64,000 nucleotides of DNA from Dehalococcoidia bacterium (GTDB taxonomy: Bacteria; Chloroflexota; Dehalococcoidia; Lucifugimonadales; UBA3495). Below the pieces are notes generated by a model. The model saw only the letters and a program-made list of their open reading frames with translations, was not told the origin of the DNA and did not search any database. The translations under genes were made by a program, and so were the position numbers. The DNA lies in assembly GCA_963665395.2 (NCBI GenBank), contig OY762251.1:3483448-3547447 (forward strand). The letters are read 5' to 3'. Numbering within the stretch: the stretch's first letter is position 1; the number at the start of each line of letters is the position of its first letter. Positions 56,770-64,000 of this stretch are shown here, one piece after another.

Positions 56770-57474
56770 ATGCAGTTGGTTATGGTCCATGGCTCCGGCC
56801 AGAACGAACTTACCTATCACTACCAGACCGCTCGGTTCGCCAATGCCGACGCGGTGAATCTTCCCGGCCACCCTGACGGGGAAACCCGTGACAGTATCGG
56901 CGGCTACGTGGACTGGCTGCGGGAGTACGCCCGTGGGAAGGGTTATCCGCCCTTTGTACTGTTCGGTCACTCCATGGGTGGAGCCATTGCGCTGGATTAC
57001 GCCCTGCGCTTCCCCGAGGACCTGGCCGGGCTGGCGCTGATCGGCGCCGGAGCGCGGCTGCGGGTGCATCCCGACTACCTGAACCGCTGCCTGGACGACG
57101 CGCAATGGCGGGCCGAGGCTCCCGCATACTACGAAGCCATCAATCGCGAGTTGGCGCCGCAACTGGCGGCCCGCGCCTTGCAGTCCGGCCCGATGGTAGA
57201 GCACAACGACCTGTCGGCCTGTGACAAATTCGACGTTATGGAGCGGGTCAAAGAAATCGCCTTGCCGACTCTGGTCCTGGTGGGCGCGGACGATATTATG
57301 ACTCCGGTGCGATACGCGGAGTACCTGGGGCGGGAACTTCAGGATGCGGAGGTCGTGGTCATTCCGGACTCCGGGCATTTCGTAACGCTGGAACAGCCGG
57401 AGGCGGTGAACGTGGCTGTTGACCGTTTCCTGAAGCGACTTGCCCAGCGTCCGACTGACCCGGCCTCATCCTGA
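56770..57474 (+). CDS. Alpha/beta hydrolase
   Basis: RBS aaggagg. Motifs MVHGSG and nucleophile elbow GHSMGG. C-terminal SGHF. Confidence 0.75.
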   Translation: MQLVMVHGSGQNELTYHYQTARFANADAVNLPGHPDGETRDSIGGYVDWLREYARGKGYPPFVLFGHSMGGAIALDYALRFPEDLAGLALIGAGARLRVHPDYLNRCLDDAQWRAEAPAYYEAINRELAPQLAARALQSGPMVEHNDLSACDKFDVMERVKEIALPTLVLVGADDIMTPVRYAEYLGRELQDAEVVVIPDSGHFVTLEQPEAVNVAVDRFLKRLAQRPTDPASS

Positions 57475-57492
57475 GCGGGTCCGGCTGCGCCG

Positions 57493-57923
57493 CTACCGGG
57501 GCCGCGCCGATTTGTTAGTGATGGTGATACAGGCCACGGACATTTGGTCAGCCAGCCGTTCCACTTCGACCGGAACCTGGTTGCCAATGACCACCGCTCG
57601 GGTCGGTTGGCCGGTGAATTGGGTCATATACGCGGCGTTTCTACGGGCGCGCTCCACGTCATTGGCATCAACGGTAGATGAGCATTCAATGATGACGTAG
57701 TGCTCGGCGCGGTCCGCGCTGGATTTGTCAATAGCGCGCAGCGCAAGATCAATCGCTCGAAAACTCTCCAGTTCGTTGTACGGGACGTTGGCGGTATCAG
57801 CATCGTCGGCGATATCGATTATGTCGGTATCCGCTAACCAGCGAGGGCGGCGTGATTGGGTGACTTCGGCGATTTTGCCGACCATGCGGCGTGCTGTGAT
57901 CGGGGTTATCTGCCCTTTGATTT
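57493..57923 (-). pseudogene. 3' portion of a coiled-coil/PD-(D/E)xK-like gene split by the IS insertion
   Basis: Continues in frame from 60445..60696 once the IS and one 8-bp duplication are removed. Contains AIDLAL...HYVIIECSSTVDANDVERARRNAAYM. Confidence 0.7.
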
Positions 57924-57960
57924 GGGAATTATATCGCAAATTAGCCAAAGGCCCGGATTA

Positions 57961-58185
57961 TCACCGGGCCTTACGATGGCATTTCTCGCAGCGGCCATCG
58001 CTGCGTAAGGTGTCTGGGTAAGACACGCGGTTTCCGCAATCGGAGCAGACGTATCGTCGTTCCCGGATCGCCGAAGTTGGCCGGCCGGCGTTGAGCACGA
58101 CGTTGGCTATTTGCTCCGGCGTAGCGTCAATGCGAGGCGGCAACGGCCCTGGCGGCCGACCTCTGGTGCGTTTTGTCCGAGCCAT
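57961..58185 (-). CDS. Small basic zinc-ribbon protein (74 aa), IS passenger
   Basis: Motifs MARTKRTRGRPPG... and CSDCGN...CEKCH. Confidence 0.5.
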   Translation of the reverse strand: MARTKRTRGRPPGPLPPRIDATPEQIANVVLNAGRPTSAIRERRYVCSDCGNRVSYPDTLRSDGRCEKCHRKAR

Positions 58186-58285
58186 GATGCTGTCCTATAC
58201 GTCGGGATGGGTCGTCGTTATTGTGCCGCCGTCGTAACGCGATTGCAAGCAATTTCTTGACAGCCAGCCTCTGCGCGCTCATAGC

Positions 58286-58442
58286 GGACGCCGCCACAGC
58301 CGAGGTCTCGTCCATAAGGACGCCTCAAAATCAACGCAAATCCGTTTGCGCCAGTGGGGCACTCACGTGCCTCCTAGCGGGATTTGCGTTGAGACCGGCG
58401 GCTGTGGCAAGACGCCCTACCAGCGCCGCTAGGAGGTGCCAG
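58286..58442 (+). promoter_or_regulatory. Structured 5' leader with nested helices and an anti-SD/SD pairing
   Basis: Helix 58293-58302/58399-58408 is 10 bp. Helix 58331-58343/58380-58392 is 13 bp. The alternative pairing 58370-58380/58426-58436 (11 bp) covers the aggagg RBS. Confidence 0.45.
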
Positions 58443-58886
58443 ATGACCCGTTGGATCGCCATCGCAAGTATCGCCGTTATCGCCGTAGCCGCCATCGCCT
58501 CGGTCGCATTGTGGCCCGATGCGTCGGCTGCACAGAGTGGGACGCCAGCCGCAACTCCCAACCCTACTGCCACGCCGACGCCAACACCAACCCCGACGCT
58601 GACGCCATTGGAACAGGTGGCGAAGCGGGTTGATGGCGTAGAGGAACAGATTGCAACTCTGGACGGCAAGGTCAATAATCTGTCGAAGTTGCACGTTCAA
58701 CCGGGGATTATCACCTGGAACTGCGCCACGCTGAAAGCTCAGCAAGAACGCTCTTACAGCAAGAAAATCTCCGATTACGAGATTCAAGAACACGTTGAGA
58801 ACCTCAACTTGATTCTGGGGTCATCGCCTTTGTCGGAAACTGGCATTCAGACCATTGCCACGCAGTGCGGCTTGACGTTGCGATAG
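58443..58886 (+). CDS. Membrane-anchored protein with Pro/Thr-rich linker (147 aa), IS passenger
   Basis: RBS aggagg. TM segment WIAIASIAVIAVAAIASVAL, linker TPNPTATPTPTPTPTLTP, then a ~90-aa domain. Confidence 0.6.
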   Translation: MTRWIAIASIAVIAVAAIASVALWPDASAAQSGTPAATPNPTATPTPTPTPTLTPLEQVAKRVDGVEEQIATLDGKVNNLSKLHVQPGIITWNCATLKAQQERSYSKKISDYEIQEHVENLNLILGSSPLSETGIQTIATQCGLTLR

Positions 58887-58950
58887 AAGAAAACGGCAGA
58901 CGATTCCAATCTGGATTATCGTCTGTTACAATAACGCAAATCTTAAATCA

Positions 58951-58986
58951 CGTTGCCCCCCGATGTTAGCGCATCGGGGGGCAACG
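58951..58986. terminator. Strong GC hairpin inside the IS
   Basis: 15-bp stem cgttgccccccgatg/catcggggggcaacg. Confidence 0.5.
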
Positions 58987-59106
58987 CCGAACACCTGACG
59001 ACAGCAGGCAGTCGGAATGTCCTAGGCGCTAGTATTGTACCAGCGTACCAGGCTCGCCCGCAACGCATGGCCTCCTTGTCCGGAGTTCGGACAGGGAGGT
59101 TTTATC

Positions 59107-59331
59107 ATGCCACGTTTCCGGTTCAATGACAGCATCCTATTGAACCTGAACTGCATTCAGTGCGGCGAGGGCTTTCGCAAAACGCTCGGAGAACTCAAAT
59201 CGGGCAACGAGTTTGGGTGTCCCAGATGTGGTATCCGGTACGAACCCACCGATGTGGATGCAGTCATCCAAAGCGCCGAGCAGAAGGTTGCGGACTTCGG
59301 GCGGAACGTCAATAAGATTTTCAGGAATTGA
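59107..59331 (+). CDS. Small zinc-ribbon protein (74 aa), IS passenger
   Basis: RBS gggagg. Motif CIQCGE...CPRCG. Confidence 0.55.
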   Translation: MPRFRFNDSILLNLNCIQCGEGFRKTLGELKSGNEFGCPRCGIRYEPTDVDAVIQSAEQKVADFGRNVNKIFRN

Positions 59332-59406
59332 CGCTGTGGCCTGTGCTATCAAGCACGCTACGTCATCTGGATTGGCAGTAATCGGAATGCCCATCTGTAT
59401 TGACTC

Positions 59407-60351
59407 CTAGCCATTGGCAATCAACCCTTCGTAGGTCATGCGCTTGCCGTCCGATCCTCTCGCCAAAGCTGCCATTTGGTCGGCGGTATCCAGCGGGCGC
59501 GCATTGTGCCGGCCCTCGAACTCCGTTACGTACCTATCCAGGTGCTTGACGCTCATGTGATGGTAGGTTCCGACGTACCCGCGTTTGAGCATGGACCAGA
59601 AGGACTCCATCCCGTTGGTGTGCGCCTGTTCCCGCACGTACTCGCCCACGCCGTGCGCTACGGCCTCATGGTGTCGGTCGAGCCGCCGGTATGCCGCCGC
59701 TTCGTCAGTGTACACCATTGCGCTAGGGGCGGTGCGCTCGTGGACGAATTGCCGGAGCGTTTGCCCGTCGGTGCGTTCTACGACCGCCGCGTCAACGTGA
59801 TTGGTGACTCGATCTTTGACGCCGGCGACGGCGGTCTTGCCGACGGTTCCGCGGCCCTGGCGCAGTTTCTTGGACTCGTGCTTGTTGGCCTCTTTGCCGC
59901 CGATGTAGGTTTCGTCAGCTTCAACCGGACCGGCGAACCGTTCGGTAGCGTCATCCCACATTTCGCGGATGCGATGGGCCATGTACCAGGCGGACTTTTG
60001 GGTGATCCCCAGGTCACGGTGCAATTTCATGCTGCTGACGCCCTTCAGATTGGTGGCGTACAGGTAGAAGGCGATGGCCCATTTGCTGAGCGGTATCTTG
60101 CTGCTGTGGAGCAAGGTGTCGGTTTTGACGCTGAAGTGCTTGCGGCAGGTGCGGCAACGGTAAGGCTGCGGCTTGCGATTGGCGATGGTGGCGATGTTAT
60201 CGCCGGAGCAGAACGGACAGCGCACGCCATCGGGCCAACGCTGGGCAACAAACCATTCCTCGGCGGCTTCCTCGGTGCCGAATTTCTGAACCGCATCGAT
60301 CAGGGTGATGCCCTTGCGATAGGACTTGCCGGGGCCTTTTGTCGTTGCCAT
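59407..60351 (-). CDS. IS1595-family (ISXO2-like DDE) transposase with N-terminal zinc ribbon
   Basis: Motifs CPFCSG...YRCRTCRKHFSV, VEADETYIGGK, VYTDEAAAYR and NGMESFWSMLKR. Confidence 0.85.
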   Translation of the reverse strand: MATTKGPGKSYRKGITLIDAVQKFGTEEAAEEWFVAQRWPDGVRCPFCSGDNIATIANRKPQPYRCRTCRKHFSVKTDTLLHSSKIPLSKWAIAFYLYATNLKGVSSMKLHRDLGITQKSAWYMAHRIREMWDDATERFAGPVEADETYIGGKEANKHESKKLRQGRGTVGKTAVAGVKDRVTNHVDAAVVERTDGQTLRQFVHERTAPSAMVYTDEAAAYRRLDRHHEAVAHGVGEYVREQAHTNGMESFWSMLKRGYVGTYHHMSVKHLDRYVTEFEGRHNARPLDTADQMAALARGSDGKRMTYEGLIANG

Positions 60352-60444
60352 TTTCGCACCTTTTCAGGTTTGATTTATGGCAGTATTTTAGCCATCGCTG
60401 CCGTCAAAGTCAAGCACTTTTGGCTAATTTGCGATATAATTCCC

Positions 60445-60696
60445 TTTGATTTGGCCGATGTCGTTTTCCATTCGGTCCTGGCGGGCTTCCATGCGCTTTT
60501 GGCCGGCCTTCAATTCCGCCACGTCCCTTTCAAGTGCGTCGAACCGCTTGTTGGTGGAAGCGACAAATTCGGCCACCAGCGCCGGCAGGGCTAGGAGTTC
60601 CGCGGGCAGCAGCCGCGCGCGCAACTCTTCGACCCACTCCGGCTTGCTGTCCAGCAGTTTAAGCAAGTCCTGGAAAGTTTCGATCCGGTCTGCCAT
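60445..60696 (-). pseudogene. 5' portion (84 codons) of the IS-disrupted coiled-coil/PD-(D/E)xK-like gene
   Basis: Reads MADRIETFQDLLKLL...ENDIGQIK. The annotated ORF then runs 6 codons into the IS inverted repeat (GNYIAN-stop). Confidence 0.7.
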
Positions 60697-60804
60697 TACT
60701 TACCTCATGTTTAGATCTATTCTACCACCCGGTCGGCGCGCGATGAATGTCCGGCGTTGCTGGTATGATGTAGCCAAATTGGATGGATCGCAGTTCTTGG
60801 CGTT

Positions 60805-63030
60805 ATGGCTACCGTTCAACCCTACATTCCCGACGGGCATCGGTTGACAACATCCCTGACCGCTGTTTATGCGGGGCATCCGGACGCGGAGGGACTACCG
60901 GCGGCCCGGCGCATCGCCGGCGTTGCCGCCGAGTTGATCGCGTCCGGCGGCGCGAACGGGAAGCCGGCGGAAACCAATGCGGCTGCCCTGTTCCACCTGA
61001 CCGGCGCTCCCGAGGACCCCAACCGTTGGAAAACTTCCAGCGCCATCGCCGCCGCATGGCTGCGGGGAGCCGGCGCTCCCGAGGCATTCATTGACGCGGT
61101 TCGAGAGGGTATCCTGGGCATGTGGTCCGCATCTGCTGACGATGACATCGCCTTTTTGTTGATGCACGCAGCCTTACTGGATTTGGCGGATACGGAACGC
61201 CATGCCGACTATCTGCGCGAAACCCCGGCCTCCGGCCGCCCGCGTGAGATTTACCTCGCCGCGTACCGGCGGGATTACTTGATGCCGGCGCTGGGTCTCC
61301 GTGAAAAGTTGGGCTGGCCCCGGGCGGCCGCAATTTACGACGAGCGGATGCCTCGCTTGGCCGCATGGCTGGACGGGCAGCCGGCTGCCCTGGTGCCGCC
61401 GGACTGGCGACGCCTGGCGGAAGTTGAGGAGATTGAACAAGGCGTCAACCGCCTCCTGGCCGGCGAAGACCCCGCTTTGGTTCGCTCCCAGATGCCGGCC
61501 GGTGGCCTTCCGTATGGCGAGTATCGGGGTCGGCAACGGGCGATCATAGCCGGCAGCCACGACCGGATCCTGGAGCTGGCCCACGCTCGCATCGAAGCTT
61601 CCCGCAACGTCGCCGCGGAAAAGTACTTGGAAAGCGACACCATACACAAGCCCGCGGTGGAGGAAAATCTCTTCGTCAGCGCCCGCCGCCGGGCGCGACA
61701 GCTGGGTCTGTCCGCCGAAACCGCGGAAGACATTGCCCGGCTGCTGTTGTCCAACGCCCGCGAGGCGCAGGAACGGACGCTCAACGACATCGCCCAACGC
61801 CTGAGCCGTCTGCACGGGCAGATCCTGGACGCCGAATCGCCCGAGACCCGCACTGAAGAAGCCGATATTGCCATTCCGTCGCTGGTGGTTCGCACCGGCG
61901 ATCAGCCGCTGGCGCGGGAAAACGAACTCATCAAAGAACTGCGCGTAACCGGCCTCAACGAAGCGTACCCGGAGCAGCGACGGCAGTTCGCTCAGTGGTT
62001 CGATGCGCCGCACCCCTACATGGTGACGGGGCAAACCGTGGGCAGCAGGGACGCCGATCTATTCTTGCAGGCATTGACTGACGGTCACCGCTGCAAGGTA
62101 GTTGCCACTTTCCCTATCGACGGCCCGATGCACCTCGGTCAAGGTACGCTGGTCAACCTGCTCGCCTTCTTCCAGCGTCTGGGCGCAGACATCGTAGTGG
62201 GTTTCCGGGACGAGCTGGATGACTTGGAACAGGCGCGTCTCATCATGCGAGAAAGTTTGCTGACGATGGCCGCCGCCGGCCTTGATCTGGATCGCGCCGA
62301 CGCCTACCTCCAGCAGGACAACCCCGCGGTCATACAAACGGCTTTTGCCCTGGGAAACGCCATTCCTTTGAGCGTTTTGAACTCTGCGCTGGGGCTTCGA
62401 CTGCGCGACAGCGCGACCGATACTTTCCGCCCCCTCTTGCGCCTCGCGGATATCTTGCATCCCCAGCAAACAGAGGGCGGTGGGCCTTGCCGGACGCTGG
62501 TACTGGACGGCATCGGCGGCGACGTGTACGTGCGCATGGCGCGTAACGTGGCGGAACGTTTTGGCTTCGTCAAGCCATCGGCGTTGTACCTCCGGATGAT
62601 GCGCGGGCTGACTACTTACAGCGACCCGGCCACCGGCAGCGCGGTTGAGGTTATGACCAACGCAGTCCCTCCGGGGCGCATTGCCTACGATGATGACCCG
62701 GCCGATATACGACGCCGTATCGGTCGCGCCTATACCGGAGGTCGCCGCACCCTGGAAGAGCAGCGCGAAAAGGGCGGAAATCCCGACCCGCGCGTCTGCT
62801 CCGTATCCAGCCTGCACGCCTTCTACGCCACACCGGAACCGGAAGAATACGCGGCTTTGCAAGAGCGGTGCCGCTCCGGGGCGCTGACTTGCGGCGAATG
62901 TAAAGCCGCCGCCACGGATGGCCTGCTAGAATACCTGCGGCGGCGCCGTCAAACGCTCGACGCCCCTGGCGCCGGCGCTCGGAACCGGGCCACCTTGCTG
63001 GCCGGTATGGCCGGCGGCGACGTGAATTAG
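60805..63030 (+). CDS. 741-aa multidomain protein: unassigned N-terminal region, chorismate-mutase-like helical segment (tentative), and a TrpRS-like class-I synthetase domain with degenerate HIGH/KMSKS
   Basis: The C-terminal ~340 aa are colinear with the adjacent TrpRS (PIDGPMHLGQG, LRLADILHP, VRMARNVAERFGF, VEVMTNAVPPG). Confidence 0.7.
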   Translation: MATVQPYIPDGHRLTTSLTAVYAGHPDAEGLPAARRIAGVAAELIASGGANGKPAETNAAALFHLTGAPEDPNRWKTSSAIAAAWLRGAGAPEAFIDAVREGILGMWSASADDDIAFLLMHAALLDLADTERHADYLRETPASGRPREIYLAAYRRDYLMPALGLREKLGWPRAAAIYDERMPRLAAWLDGQPAALVPPDWRRLAEVEEIEQGVNRLLAGEDPALVRSQMPAGGLPYGEYRGRQRAIIAGSHDRILELAHARIEASRNVAAEKYLESDTIHKPAVEENLFVSARRRARQLGLSAETAEDIARLLLSNAREAQERTLNDIAQRLSRLHGQILDAESPETRTEEADIAIPSLVVRTGDQPLARENELIKELRVTGLNEAYPEQRRQFAQWFDAPHPYMVTGQTVGSRDADLFLQALTDGHRCKVVATFPIDGPMHLGQGTLVNLLAFFQRLGADIVVGFRDELDDLEQARLIMRESLLTMAAAGLDLDRADAYLQQDNPAVIQTAFALGNAIPLSVLNSALGLRLRDSATDTFRPLLRLADILHPQQTEGGGPCRTLVLDGIGGDVYVRMARNVAERFGFVKPSALYLRMMRGLTTYSDPATGSAVEVMTNAVPPGRIAYDDDPADIRRRIGRAYTGGRRTLEEQREKGGNPDPRVCSVSSLHAFYATPEPEEYAALQERCRSGALTCGECKAAATDGLLEYLRRRRQTLDAPGAGARNRATLLAGMAGGDVN

Positions 63031-63084
63031 ATACACCGGGTATCCTCTGGTTTTTCAGGATATTGGCTCAGGAGACGATCTGAC

Positions 63085-64000
<916 letters not shown>

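Larger units (their letters stand above)
57924..60444. mobile_element. IS1595-family element (2521 bp) carrying passenger genes
   Basis: 24-bp perfect terminal IRs gggaattatatcgcaaattagcca (57924..57947) and tggctaatttgcgatataattccc (60421..60444). The 8-bp direct repeat tttgattt lies at 57916..57923 and 60445..60452. The element contains an ISXO2-like transposase. Confidence 0.85.

Noticed and set aside
58540-58610. Short tandem acgcc/acacc repeats
   Set aside because: They encode the Pro/Thr-rich linker (TPNPTATPTPTPTPTLTP) of the IS passenger membrane protein and are not an independent repeat element.
60761-60769. Extended -10-like tggtatgat upstream of the TrpRS-like gene
   Set aside because: It is plausible but isolated, with no -35 box and no supporting data. 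I noted it but did not call it.

Overview
GC-rich bacterial chromosomal window. The gene content and hairpin repeats suggest Chloroflexota, but that is a low-confidence inference. About two thirds is housekeeping: monomeric isocitrate dehydrogenase and malate dehydrogenase, a non-classical succinate dehydrogenase/fumarate reductase (SdhA, SdhB, HdrB-like CCG subunit), two tandem NUDIX hydrolases, NAD kinase, an 11-gene nuoABCDHIJKLMN operon without nuoEFG, moaA/moaC, two moeA genes, gyrA, one tRNA-Met and trpS. trpS runs off the right edge and is absent from the supplied ORF track. Between these lie several accessory islets. (i) 31.6-36.8 kb holds an ISAs1-like miniature element, a SWIM protein, two paralogous small ORFs each with its own promoter and terminator, a beta-class DNA methyltransferase fused to a PD-(D/E)xK-like domain, a DUF4160/DUF2442 pair flanked by duplicated methylase 5' sequence, and an intact plus a decayed BrnT/BrnA-like module. 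(ii) 51.9-53.2 kb holds vapBC next to hicBA. (iii) 57.5-60.7 kb holds a 2.5-kb IS1595-type element with 24-bp inverted repeats, an 8-bp target duplication and passenger genes, inserted into a coiled-coil/PD-(D/E)xK-like gene. (iv) A 741-aa protein with a motif-degenerate TrpRS-like domain lies directly upstream of the real trpS. No rRNA genes or CRISPR arrays were seen. Two families of intergenic hairpin repeats recur through the window. Many long ORFs in the track are antisense artefacts of the high GC content. Start codons were chosen by eye from RBS and family-typical N-termini, and all family assignments are from motif recognition, not searches.
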